Source of the DNA: Nemertoderma westbladi
Lineage: Eukaryota > Animalia > Xenacoelomorpha
NCBI GenBank assembly: GCA_032718475.1
Contig: JAUCBJ010004779.1
Span: 1-38,289 of the forward strand
Length of the DNA stretch: 38,289 nt
Direction of reading: 5' to 3'
Shown: positions 20,591-33,223 of the stretch, piece by piece
Layout: each line of letters begins with the position of its first letter
Numbering within the stretch: the stretch's first letter is position 1
Position numbers and translations under genes: made by a program
Notes under the pieces: model-generated
What the model saw: only the letters and a program-made list of their open reading frames with translations
What the model was told of the DNA's origin: nothing
Database searches by the model: none

Positions 20591-22053
20591 AGCTACTATT
20601 ACTACTGGGATCAGCATGCTGCATTGCAGCTCCATTACATGTATTACATATAAAGAATGCTGTGACGGCTTGTCAACAAAATTGCACCACCACAACTTCC
20701 TAGCATCTTCAAGGCCAGTGTCCTTTAAGATACGTCTCAAGAAAGTCATGTGCTGTCCACAATATTTATTCACTCCAAGAGGCCGCCAAAGCACAAGATT
20801 ATGCATTGGCTTGTCCACACGGCGAAAGAGATGTCCTACAAAGAGGGGGTGGCTTTGTTCTAGTTTAAGCTTGGGGGAACCAATAAGACACCTCCAATTT
20901 TATATGGTGTCTGGTTGGAGAGTGTGCATTGTACTTGACACAGTGAACCAGGCGTAGCATTCTTGTGAGTGTGCCATCCAGAGATTTATTGTCCTCAGCA
21001 GTTAGACCCCAGCATGGACTCCCATAGAGGAGTACTGGAACTACTGCTACTCTAAATAATCGGACCTTAAGTTTCCATTTAATTCTATGTGACTTCCAAA
21101 TCCAGGAAAGCTCATTCAAGGCCTTACGTATTCGAAGCTCCCCACCTGACTTTCGGATCCATGATCACATGTAACAACATCGTCCACATGCTCAAGCATA
21201 CCATCCTTTAAGCTTATGCTCATCCAGTCAGAGACTTACTGAGGACTTTCAAAGTTAACTGTCAAAATTATGGTCTTTTTGGAGTTAATAAAAAGACTAA
21301 CACTAGAAGCAGCCTGTTCTAATGAGCCGAGGAGACGTTGGGCACCCTCTCGTGTTTCTGAGAGTACTCCCAAGTCATCAGCAAAGTCTAGAGTTAGGTC
21401 GATTTCCTCAATTTCTGGAGCCAGTAGGTGGAGTTACCATCATCCAATCATCATTATGATGATCTAATGACATGCGTAGAACATAGTCAACCACAATTAT
21501 GAAAAAGAATGGCGCAAGTGTATCTCCCTGAAGGACTCCCCATAACACTTTGAATGGTTCTGTGTCACCATCAACAGTTGTAAAACAAATGCAACTGCAA
21601 ATGCAACAAATGTTGTAAAACCGTCGTATACTGAACTGATTGCTGCAATAACTTCATCAGGAATCCCATGCAATGAAAGTATGCGAACATATGTGAGCGA
21701 GAGACTGAATAAAAGGCCTTGAAGAATAAACAAAGATATGTGCCAGATGCCTGTCTTTCTTTTTGATAACTTTTCAATTATCATTCTTTTAAGTGCCAAA
21801 ACGGACTTCCACAACCTTTATGGATCCCATTCTGATTTCCACAGAGCAGTCTCTCAATGGGATCACTGGCGCGATTTAATATAATTCTATTGTATAGCTT
21901 TGCAGCAATCGAGATCGATGAGATTCCCCGAAAAGAACCATAGAGTGTTAGGTTGCCCTTCTTGGGAACTGGCACCAACTTATTTGTTTTCATTTCTTGA
22001 GGAACTTGTCGTTCTGTACATGTACTATGATGTGATAAATGAGCTTCAAACAC
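20591..22053 (-). mobile_element. degenerate 5'-truncated RTE-clade LINE (RT region)
   Basis: VPVPKKGNL..FRGIS..AKLYNRIILNR; GVLQGDTLAPFFFII; DFADDL; KVRLFRVAVVPVLLYG; many frameshifts. Confidence 0.9.
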
Positions 22054-22840
22054 TCTGGTATTTTAAAAACCAGAAGTTTATATCAAGCCTGCCTGACTGC
22101 CACCTTGAGGGCCTGACTGCCACCTTGAAGGCCAGTTCCCCTGGAAATGGCCCCTGCGAAATCTCGACGATGGATGATATCCCCATCATCGCACACATAC
22201 ACCAGCCAGCCTGGTGTCTGCGCAAAGAATAGTATAGAATAGTATTAATTGTCGTAAAATAATGAGTTGCAATATTTTTTTTGATTTGCAAGTATTTTTA
22301 CCTCAAGTATTACGAAATGGACTATGTAATTTCTTTATTATTATTATTTTTTTCCCTATTGTTAAATAACACATTTAATATTGATAGTCATAATAGATTA
22401 TAGTAGTTATATTCCATTGTTAATGACATTATACAAACGATTCAACTTCAAGGGTTATAAAGAGTCAAAGGTTATAATAGGGCAAAGCTTATTAAATGCT
22501 ATTAAAACTAGCTAGTCAAAAAGTAATGGGATATAAAGAAAATAAAATTATTACGGTAATGGCAGCTCAATATTTACAAAATAGAGTAAATTATAGAAAA
22601 TTATTATAAAAGTATAACTAAAGTGAAGGCATTCGTTGTAATCTCCTATTTTTCCCTCAATTATTTGTAGATATTAGTTTATTTGTTGGGTAGAAAACAG
22701 GTGAAAGTATTTGGGTTGATTATCTCTTTAATTGGGATCTAAAGTCTCCAAATTGTGTGTCAGTATCAACCTAATTTTTTAATTATGTCATTAGGTACTT
22801 CTTAATTGTCTAAATAGTAATATTCTATATATATTATATT

Positions 22841-23095
22841 ATAAACAAATAAAATATTATTTTAAATAAACCTAGATCGACCTCAGAAAAAAATCATTTA
22901 TTTCTTTATCACTTGCTTTCGATATAATATGTATATCTTTTTCAAGTGTTGAACACCAACTATTTATAAATTAAATAAATTAACAATATAAGCACAATTT
23001 GAAATTCTAGGAAGTTTGTAAATTTCTGAGGTTTTTCAGAAAAAAATTTCTGAGTTCGATCTAGGTTTATTTAAAGTAATATTGTATTTATTTAT
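22841..23095. mobile_element. small AT-rich MITE-like element with ~48-bp inverted repeats
   Basis: TTTAAATAAACCTAGATCGACCTCAGAAA versus TTTCTGAGTTCGATCTAGGTTTATTTAAA. Confidence 0.65.
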
Positions 23096-23496
23096 TATTT
23101 TATGCTTATAAACATATATACACTAAACCGGATCCCTTATCCCACGGCGGTTTCTTATATATTCAAGTAATATATCTTCCTACAATAATTTTTTATATAT
23201 TATATTATATATTATTATTCTAAATGGTTATATTATATTTTGTCCAAGATGTCCTATTACACTCAATTTATTATGCCTTTTTCACTTCATAATTCACCAA
23301 AGTTTTCTAGTACTATTTCGTTAAAGAAATAAAACAAAGGGTATACTTTGGTGAGCCCATTCAATAATAAATAAGAACACATTGACCACATGACAAGTTA
23401 TAAAAAAGTTGAACATAGTTGAACAAATGTTAACACTTCTTTTAGTTACAAATATATATTATTTTAAATAGCAGAAACAATATTCAATTAACTTAC

Positions 23497-24150
23497 TTTT
23501 TTTTAAAGAATGCAGTTCATCATAAGTTGCTTCCAATTCTTCTACTGATAAGTAGCAGCTATAATACCGTGCATGGGCAATATATCCAGGATATGCATGT
23601 CCACCTTGAAGACGTTTCCCCAAATTAAGATCACTGGCCATATCTACAGGACATCTTTCAGTGTTCACTGTTTCAACCTCCCTTCTGATATGGAAATCAC
23701 TTCCGACACGACGACTGTAAATAAACTGCTGCCGATTGTCTTGACTTCTTCCAATAGCAACCATATGCCATTCATCTAGAACAACAGCACTGGTAACTTC
23801 TTGTGTTGCAACACCAGTAACACCAGGATCGTACCACAAGGAGGTGATCGCATGATAACTCCATAAACGTGAACCAATTGATGAACTCGAACCAAATTCA
23901 TATATTGGTCCAGTTCCTCCTCCACCCCTCTTTACAAACATCAACATTGTAAACGTTTCTGAGGTTAATTCACCAGACCCATGATCAATAGAAACATACC
24001 CATGTCTGACATCAATGGCCTTGTTTTCAATCCCTCCTGGACCAGGTACATATCTAATGGCTCCATGGATTCCTCCATCATTCTTTCCTAGTTTATCATC
24101 ACCACGTTCATTTTCATCCAGTGTCCACCATGAGTCATAATTGCATTTAT
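23497..24150 (-). CDS. exon encoding a LamG/concanavalin-A-like lectin domain
   Basis: TTTTAG acceptor, GTAAGT donor, phase 1-1, 654 bp, open frame. Confidence 0.88.
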
Positions 24151-25029
24151 CTAAAATATTTAAATACAATTATATAAACTTCTATGATTAAACTTCGACA
24201 CAAATCATTATTAGGGTTGTTTTTATTATACTCAGTTCGGCAGTATATACTAAAAGTTTAATCTTCATTCACTCCCGCACCAACTCATCTTCTATCCCTA
24301 AACAATACACTTTAACTATAGACATTTTTTTCATTGTTCTCGGTGTATAAAATGCAACACTTTCTGAATGATGCCGAATATTTCAGTTGTAGAATGGTTT
24401 GTATCAGTGCTAATAGTAGAGTAATTGTGTGTTGAAATAAATTAGTAAAGATAGATTGTTCTTGTTTGTAATATGCCGATTGGATTTCTCTCAGACAAGG
24501 AATTGTGAAATTATTTGATTCCAGTACGTATGCCTGATTAGAAAGGTTGGATCATCTTTGCAATACTCTTTAGCTCCTTAATGGCCGGGGACTGATTAAT
24601 ATACATTTCAATATGGTTAATTAGAAAACACAACTGTTCTTTGAGAAGGGGGAGCAATATCTTTAGTGCGATCTTCCTGGATTTAATGCTCCACCATTAC
24701 TTAGCACAATCATCAGTAAGTAACAGTTAGTTCCAATGAAGGTGGTACTAAATTTTCAAACGAACTTTTATCTCCATATTTGGCTAACTCATCTATCTGG
24801 AATTTCGTTTGTAGTTCCTCAATTAGTTGCCATAAGTTACATATCTAATTTCATCCCGTATTTACAAAAGAAGATATCCTATATGGCATTTGTTAAAGCG
24901 AATCTCCCATAAAGTTCATGTTGAAGAATTGTATGGTACTGTTTGTGGCTAGAATGTTTGAACACTAATAAGTCGGTCAATCATGGATGAAATGGAACCA
25001 AACATCTCTCCATTGCGCTGGTTCGAAAA

Positions 25030-25293
25030 CTCGCCTCTCACTTGGAAGAGTGCTGCAACTCAGGTGTGGGATTCCTTCCACTTGTGGTGGAGGTTCTGGG
25101 AGGGTGGGATTCCCACTACAATGCCATCCTTCAGGAAATTGCGCATCTGCAGAGCTTGCGCCATGGCATTCGGCGTCCGACTCAGTCAAGCACTTATTTC
25201 AACGCTCGTTTGTGTCATTATTGCGTGGAAATGCCACAATGTGGCTCCATAGATTTTCCAGTTTTTCCTCCCTTTGTGGATGGAATCCAGTGA
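25030..25293 (+). mobile_element. 3' fragment of a CRE-clade non-LTR retrotransposon
   Basis: FLPLVVEVLGGW..ILQEIA and, after a frameshift, HLFQRSFVSLLRGNATMWLHR. Confidence 0.7.
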
Positions 25294-26429
25294 GGTGAGT
25301 GTATCAGCCATTCGGACACACACTGTGACCCATCCACATAGCAATCTAAGTACAGTACATTTTTTTAGATATTATTTTTTTTAAGATTAGGTGCCCAGAC
25401 TTAATTATTTCGTTAATTCTGCTTTATTAATTTTGTTACTTTGATTTATTATTATTCTATATTACCTTCAAGAAATCGGGAGGACTACACATGTAGTCTA
25501 TTAAATGTTTAAAATTCTACACACAGACAGACTTCTATAGTTCCTATGTCTGCTGCTAGGGGGTGAATTGACATACATGTAAATGTAGCTGTAATTAAAG
25601 AACCAACCATCAGATTGATTCATTTGAAATTTGGTAGTAGTAACCTACGAGCATTGCTTAATTAATTTGAAATTCTACACACAGACAGACTTCTATTGTT
25701 CCTCTGTCTGCCGTTAGGGAGCGAATTATCAGAGCTCCAGTTCATTGTGCTTAGCACGGTTTAATTTATAATTCTAGTATATTTTAGAACTTTACATCAT
25801 ATTTATAGATAGATCATTATTTCGGCCAACGCTTGTACAAACGTTAGTATGTCTAAATATACTGAAATATAGAAAAGATGTCTTTTGCATGGTGTAATTT
25901 TAGGAAAAAATGACAATATGAAACAATGGATTTGGAGGGACTTAAAGTACTTGATAGCAACTATATAGAATTTCATCACAAGATTAATATTTATTATTAA
26001 TTATATTTATGTTTATTTATATATTTATTTATAGGGGTAACTGCCCGTAAGTTGAATATATAAATCAATAATCCGTCCATGTGGCTTTGAGATTCCTTGA
26101 TCGCGCATGTTCAATCAGTCATGCAATTTAAATTCCTCAAAGAATGTAGCATATCACCCCCAACTATCCATTCCTTTTTCAGTGATAAAACCGATTCTTT
26201 ATTATAGGAGTAGTGGTGTTCAATTTTTTTCTCCTATTTATTATTACCGGCTTGAAGTATCTTATTTTGCTGCCTTAAAACATAATTTTGGTGTTTTTTT
26301 GTAGTTAGGATCATGTCACATTCTCTAACTGCCTAATTATTTGATTCATTCAGTCTGACAGTATCACAGCTGTAGGCCTGCCGACAATAAGACCAAGAAA
26401 GATACCAGTACTAGGCCTATACAGTTTTT

Positions 26430-28506
26430 ATCTTTTTAGTCAGACTACACCCAGACAGCACAATGTCACCGCTCTTAATCTCCACAGCTGTCATCGTTCT
26501 GGGCCATTTCGTTGTGGCAGAACCATCCGATCCGCGGGGTAACCCTGCAACCCACCCAATACCCGTATTGGACAGGTTTGTCAAACACCCTGTCGCTACC
26601 ATTTCGAACTGCCGCGCTGAATCGACGGAGATGTGGTCGACGAGTGGATTTAGCCTCTACTGCTCTCGTCGGGGAAGAAGAACTTGGGTCTCCTCTCCAC
26701 GAACTAGAGGCCTAATCGCCAAACTCTGCGGGCCCCGAAGATCAACTGTCCCGCCTGTCAACGAGGAACAAACTCTCGGAGTAAGATCGTCCAATGCGAG
26801 AGTTGTGACACATTTGTACATTTAAAATGTTACCGTAGGAAAAACAGTAATTTATTCTCCACCAGAAACAATCTTGAGCCAAGTTTTCTCTGCAATAGCT
26901 GTATTTTTACCGAACTTCCCTTTCATGATACTATTTTAGAATCAGAAACCGACGATTCATTCCTCACATCGCCTCTGCAAACTCCAAGTGATGCTGAGAG
27001 TGAAACTTCTAAATTAAAAAAAAAAATTTAAATTTAAATTTAAAAAAAAAAGGTCTGCATTTTTTGCATTTAAATGCACGATCTCTGCTTCCCAAACTTT
27101 CCGAAATTCGTATTTGAATCAATAAATGCAACTCAGCAGTTTTAACAATCTCGGAAACTTGGCTCGATGATAGCGTTTCTGATGGAGAAATTTATATTGA
27201 TAATAATGTAGTTTTACGTAAGGATAGGGACAGGCACGGTGGTGGTGTCTGTACTTACATTCGATGTGATTTAGCTTTTAATCGTAGAGAAGATTTAGAG
27301 TCTTGTGATGAAGTTTTACTGGTGGAACTTTTACTTCCTAAAACTAAACCTATTTTAATCGGTACTTTATATCGGCCCCCTAAACAATCAGATTTTTTGC
27401 AAAATTTTGAAAATACAATTTTATGTAATCTTAGGTCAGACTGTGAAATATATTTCTTAGGTGATTTTAATATCTGTTACCATCACAAAGCATCCCCATT
27501 CTGTAAACAGTACCAAAGTATTTTAAATTTGTCTGGTTTAAAACAAATTATTCGAGATTCTACCAGAATTACCAGTAAAACTTATACTTTACTAGATCAC
27601 ATCCTTTGTAATAATACCGATATTATTTCTCAATCTGGGGTTTTACCTATAGGTCTAAGCGATCATTTTATAGTTTTTTGCACAAGAAAGACACAAAAAT
27701 CTTTTTTCGGGGATCATAAAACAGTAACAGTTAGGTCTATGAAAAATTACAGCAAGGAACGCTTTTTAAGTTTGTTAGTTAATTCTGACTGGGAACCCTG
27801 TTTTAAGGCCGCTGACATTAACCTTGCGTACACTGTTTTTAAAGATATATTTCTAAAGGCACTTAATACTGTAGCACCAATTAAAGAAATTAGTCTTAAA
27901 CAACACACTGAGCCCTGGATGAGCTCGGGTATTCTTAGTAATATCAGAGAAAGAGATAACTTTTGTATAAATTTAGGAAATACCGTGTTTTAGCTGATTA
28001 TAATAATTCTTCAAATATAGAAACCTTGTCCAACGGGAAATAAAAAAAGCTAAATCTGAATATTTGTACAACAAAATAAGTGAGAATAAAGATAATCCTA
28101 AAAGTCTATGGTCTACCCTAAAATCTTTAGGTTATAAAAACCTTAAATCTAAATCGAATATTGTTCTGCAAGATAACGGTGAGCTGATACATGATCATTA
28201 GTTGGTTAGTAATTAGTAGTTAGTAATTTTAGTTAGTAATTTATTTAATAATTATTTTACTAATGTTGCCTTAATTTAGTTAAGAAGTTATCATTATCAA
28301 GTAATAAATATAGTATAGGGTCCGAAACTCTAAATAATTTTTATTTAGAAAAGTTACAAAATTCAGAAAAGTTATTTTTAAAACCCGTTTCTGAGGATTT
28401 CGTTTTTCAAAATCTACTTAGCCTATCAGCCTCAAAAAGTACCGGTCTAGACCTAATACCTGCCCGTTTTCTTAAGGATGGTGCTGAAGTACTTAAAGTG
28501 CCTATT
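26430..28506 (+). mobile_element. CR1/L2-group LINE, 5' half (PHD finger, APE endonuclease, start of RT), degenerate and 3'-truncated; 5' boundary approximate
   Basis: CPAC..CESC..HLKC..CNSC..ELPF; HLNARSL, ISETWL, GGGVCTY, YRPP, GDFN, DHI, SDH; KSTGLDLIPARFLK. Confidence 0.9.
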
Positions 28507-28529
28507 GAGGATTGCCGATTGACACCCCC

Positions 28530-28568
28530 GGGTGAGGGGTGCTTTGGGTCCCAAAGCACCCCTCACCC
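28530..28568. repeat. perfect 19-bp-arm palindrome with a 1-nt spacer
   Basis: GGGTGAGGGGTGCTTTGGG-T-CCCAAAGCACCCCTCACCC. Confidence 0.95.
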
Positions 28569-29386
28569 AATTCCCTTTTTCCTCTTCTCAGAGGTATTTC
28601 AATGGTGTTACCTATAGTATAATTTTACCAAAAGGAGGATATTAATAATACTTGGAAATAGAAATCACTGTGTTTTTAAACTACCGCAAGAAGTTCACAA
28701 AGGTCCGTAAACTAGCTTTTGTAAGACCGTGTTTATGGGTGTTTTGGGGTACCAAAACAAAAGAACGATTATATTTGGACTTGGAAAAACTGTGCTATAT
28801 ATTTTTTAAGCCGTTTAGAAGCTTGCCATGCCTTGGGCATGATATATTCTACTTTAGAAATTGCAAATTGCGCTGTTGAAATCTACTTGCATTTGTATAA
28901 AGTCTTAGGTAATAAAACTTGAGCCACCCAATGGTCCTTTGCTTATCTGCTTATCTAAGAGTTGTAGAAAATTGAACAGGATTGGACTGTTTTTATATCA
29001 TATTATTCTTAATAACCATTCACCTATCTGTTTGGTTCAGTTTCATATTGTTGTACAGTAGATAATGGACTAATTATGTATAGTGAATATGGACTTAGGC
29101 CTGACTAAGGACGCTCAGTCTTTAGTTTGATTAGACATGGCACAGTTTGTAGGATTTCAGTACAGCAGTAACATCACTGCACCTATTCACAAGCAACATG
29201 CAATTGGCCTACAGGACGAAGTTCAGACTTTGCTTTTCCGCTTTATTCTGTTTAATATCATTTCATACTACAATGGCATCATTTTGAACAATTAATATAT
29301 AATATAATACATAAATAAGCCACTGATAAATAATCCAACAAAATATAATAAATTTAAACATAATAATACAAAAAAAACATTGAGAA

Positions 29387-29450
29387 ACAGACAGACAGAC
29401 AAGACAGACCGACATATAGCGAACTCTGGAAACTACTGACAAGTCAGTAG
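29387..29450 (+). mobile_element. possible 3' end of a Helentron/DINE-like non-autonomous element
   Basis: (ACAG)n microsatellite followed by the hairpin CTACTGAC-AA-GTCAGTAG (29433-29450). Confidence 0.4.
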
Positions 29451-29464
29451 AGCGCTGTCAGGTT

Positions 29465-30120
29465 CCACCCACACAGCCCCACTCCGTCTCCAAGACCAAG
29501 TGAGTGCCAAAAACACCTGCCGGCACGGAGACAGAGGGAACTCACTCGGAGGAGCGCAAATTGTAGATGCCACCTCACTTCATCTAGCACACATGCGAGG
29601 CCTTTCTCTCACATTCCTTGGTGCTCTGCAAGAAGGGCCTCTGCGATGTGCTTCATTAGCGGGGCTTGGCGGCACCAGACCCCAATCGACTGTCCCAACT
29701 AGTGGAGTAAAGGGCATCCTTCTATCCTCTCAGACGGTGAGGTAATGCCTCTTCTTGTAGTGGTAGCGCTTCTAGGTGGATTGATTGGCTTGGGCATATG
29801 AGGTAGCGTCAGCATTTATAAATACAACATCAAACGATGCCACTCATTAGGATGTCCAAACCCCTTATGCTACCAAGTTGGCCCAGACGACACCAACTTC
29901 GATGCTGTCACTGCCCAAATGATCACGCAAGGGTCACTTCATGCTTGACCTGTGAATGTGAAGGTCCCACCACAGAGGCAAGTAGATCACCAAAGACCTC
30001 CCAGCCCTCGTCATGGCGTTTGGTGAGCAACCAATCATATTTTGGTGAGCAATAAATATCACTGTTTTTGAAGTGATAATGCCAGGCGACAACCGAGACC
30101 CATGGTGTTTCATCTTACAA
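29465..30120 (-). mobile_element. degenerate 3' part (RLE domain) of a CRE-clade retrotransposon
   Basis: KRHDE..IRG..FDVVFINADATSY..KKRHY..FTPLVGTVD..LQFALLRVSSLCLRAG. Confidence 0.8.
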
Positions 30121-30956
30121 TCACCAGTGCCCAACCAAGTACATCATCGAGACTGAGAAGGATTCCTCGCCATTATGGAAGTATGATTATGATACATTTA
30201 CAAGGAACTTGCAAATCAAGGCTGACGAATTTCTACACAGATGACTCTTTCCCAAACCCCAATGCAACAGAATCAGCCACACACCATGGCACGACTCACT
30301 GCTGCCCACAATTACAGGGTGTGTTATCCTGCTACACCAACAGCATCATGAAGGCTCTCGCTCTCATCGCCATTTCAATCTCAGCCGATTTTCTTTTATG
30401 TGCTCCAATCCTATTATCACCATTTGTTTACCGCTTAGAATAATAATCTTCCCAATTAGTATGTATTTTTTGTGAATTGAATTGTAGGTTTTTGTCACCC
30501 TATATTTATGTTATATAGACGTTCTATCATATTTGTTAAGAGTACTTTTGTGTCACTGTAGGTAAGTGTGGTGCAAATCTTAAAGGTAGTGGTAATTGAT
30601 ACGGAATTCTAGAACTGGATAAATTAGATATAAATGCAATTTCTAAGTCAGAGCTATGCACTATGTACGATACCGGAAAGGCAGGGAATTCTGAAATCTT
30701 TGGTTTTGTATTATATAATGTTAGCATATGAGTCGACATGCTAGGTTAATCCAGAATTATTCCATATTATTATATTAATATTATAATACTATTTTTTTGT
30801 TGATATATATTGTACCAGTATATTATTGTGGGCTGAAATTGGAGAAAAAAACATTCTTAAATCTTATTCTAATCTTTATATACCTATGCTGTGCTTATAT
30901 TTGTTTATAATAATGTACGAACATAGCAATAATGATAATAAATAAACTAAACTAAC

Positions 30957-31613
30957 CTTTACTGCCATGATGGGACAACTGATGAAAAGTCTCCTGAAGT
31001 TCTTCCTCTGATAGGTAGCAGTTGTAATATCGAGCATGAGCAATATATCCCGGATATGCCTGTCCACCTTGAAGACGTTTCCCCAAATTAAGGTCACTAG
31101 CCATATCTACAGGACATCTTTCAGTGTTCACCGTTTCAACCTCCCTTCTCAGTTGGATATCAGTACCTAGACGTCGGCTGTAAATGAATTGTTGCCTATT
31201 CACCTCACTTCTTCCGATAGCAACCAAATGCCATTCATCTAGAACAACAGCACTAATAACTTCTTGTGTTGCAACACCAGTAACCGCAGAATCGTACCAC
31301 AAGGAGGTGATTGCACGATAACTCCATAACCTTGAACCAATTGATGAACTCGAACCAAATTCATATATTGGTCCAGTTCCTCCTCCACTCCTCTTAACAA
31401 ACATCAACATTGTAAATGTCTCCGAGGTTAATTCATCACTCCCATGGCCAATTGTCACATAGCCGTGATGAAATCCCATTGCTTGATCTTCAATCCCCCC
31501 TGGTCCTGGACCATATTTTACAGCTCCATGCAATATCCCATTGAATTTACCTAGTTTTTCATCACCACGATCATCATAGTTTAAAGGCCACCATGACTTG
31601 TATTCACAATCAT
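30957..31613 (-). CDS. exon encoding a LamG/concanavalin-A-like lectin domain (first copy in transcription order in the window)
   Basis: TTATAG acceptor, frame open from DDCEYKSWWPLN, GTTAGT donor, phase 1-1, 657 bp. Confidence 0.88.
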
Positions 31614-31769
31614 CTATAAAATTAATTTGTGTAAATGATAATTTGGTGAATATAGTAATTAGTAGTCACCCACCACAGTCGAATTTCATTGCTTTTAAGT
31701 TTACATTAAGGCTGTTGGTATCGCTATAAGAGTTAATTGATCTATGACAAAAAGTTGCACTGACGTCCC

Positions 31770-32050
31770 CCCACCATAGATAACCAGGTCATCAACCTAT
31801 AGTAAGAGACCCATACTGATTACGATTAGCAATGAACAGGCTGAATAATAAGGTGCCTAATTTACCTCCCTCGATAACTCCTACTATCCCAGTTATAGGA
31901 TCCAGTAATACACATCAACAGCAATGTAAATGAAATTTATGGAGATAAGAACCGAAATAGCACTGATAAATTGCGACAAACATCCAACCTTGAAAGTTTA
32001 GATCATAAAATATCTATCTATAGGCGTAATCCATAAAGATACAATATAAA
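31770..32050 (-). mobile_element. heavily decayed non-LTR RT remnant
   Basis: GVIEGGKLGTLLFSLFI and LLL*VDDLVIY resemble RT motifs QG..LGP.LF and YxDD. Confidence 0.5.
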
Positions 32051-32174
32051 TTACCTCCATCTGCAGTATAGGATACGCATGTATGTACAGCACCTAGTGC
32101 AGATTGTGTGAGATTATATATTGGATACTTACTCATTATTATTACCTTAGTGTAGTTGGTTGATTATTACTCTA

Positions 32175-33223
32175 CCAGGTGTTCCATAATGATTGCCCCC
32201 CCACCCCCCTCCCTGGCCAGCAAAATCTGCCAGAAGAGAATTCAAGATAATTTAATTCTGAGCTTGCATGCAAAAATTTAGGGTCCAATACAAAAGTATA
32301 ACAATTTTATAGGCAATTCTTTAAACCAATCTTATTTTTCAATATTTGTGATTTAATTACAATTAAAAAATATAACTTATCCAGCGTTACTCATCAGCTT
32401 TACAGCCATGTTTCCCCTTTGCAGCATGGGGAGCTCCTGGATAGTGGCAAAAGATGTTGGTCCTTTAAAGGGCCGTTTTGGTTTGAGTTCAGTTTGATTA
32501 TGCCACAGAATCACGACCCTTTCTAAAAGTAACATCTCTGATCCTGTCAAACATGCATTTTTCTTCAGAGTCATCGAAGATTGAACTGGAACTTGTCATT
32601 TTAATTTCTTCTGTTAGGCCTCAAAAAGCAAACAGTCGGCCGAAGCTGGATGCGACCCGAAGGCTCCTCTTTCGATAGCTGCTACCCGAGGGTAGGGGTG
32701 GGCGCTACTCCTATCCCATGATTTGCTCCCAGTTATTTAACTGGTACTCATTTTATCGACCCCAGTGGATGAAAGGCTGAGTGGACCCTGGCGGGGCTGA
32801 ACCTACAACCAATAGATTGCAGGCCCGGCGCTCAACCAACTGAGCTACCCCGCCTTTGAAACACTTCCTATGAACTACCTATGAAACACTTAATACCGGT
32901 AACTGAATACTGTAATATATTGCAAAACAGCAAAAGTCAGGCAGTAATAACTGTTTAAACAGGGGTGCAACCTGCAAAGCTGATGACTAACGCTGGATAA
33001 ATTCTATATTTTTTTAATTGTGATTAAATCACAAATATTGAAAAGTAAGAGTGGTTTAAAAAATTGCCTATACAATTTTTATACTTTTGTATTGGACCCT
33101 AAAGTTTTGCATGCAAGCTCAGAATCAAATTCTCTTTCGAATGATATATTACACTAAAGTATATGCCTGGCAGTTTTAGCTGGCTAGGGTGGGGGTTGGG
33201 GGCAATAATTATGGAACACCTGG
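32175..33223. mobile_element. Tc1/mariner-type non-autonomous element with ~230-250-bp TIRs
   Basis: TA|CCAGGTGTTCCATAAT...ATTATGGAACACCTGG|TA; 32175-32405 is inverted relative to 32972-33223. Confidence 0.9.
32623..32854 (-). mobile_element. tRNA-derived SINE with a conserved central domain (MetaSINE/RUDI-like by recollection), nested in the Tc1-type element
   Basis: A box TAGCTCAGTTGG, B-box-like GGTTCAGCCC, then CTCAGCCTTTCATCC..GGGGTCGATAAAATGAGTACCAG; ends in a T-run. Confidence 0.8.

Noticed and set aside
24380-24960. Possible decayed Penelope-like coding remnant
   Set aside because: No motif could be recovered convincingly
32377-32574. 65-aa ORF as an upstream exon of the lectin gene or a transposase
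   Set aside because: It lies inside the Tc1-type element, overlaps its TIR and has no recognisable motif
32785-32854. tRNA gene
   Set aside because: The acceptor stem and B box are degenerate and the sequence continues into a SINE body
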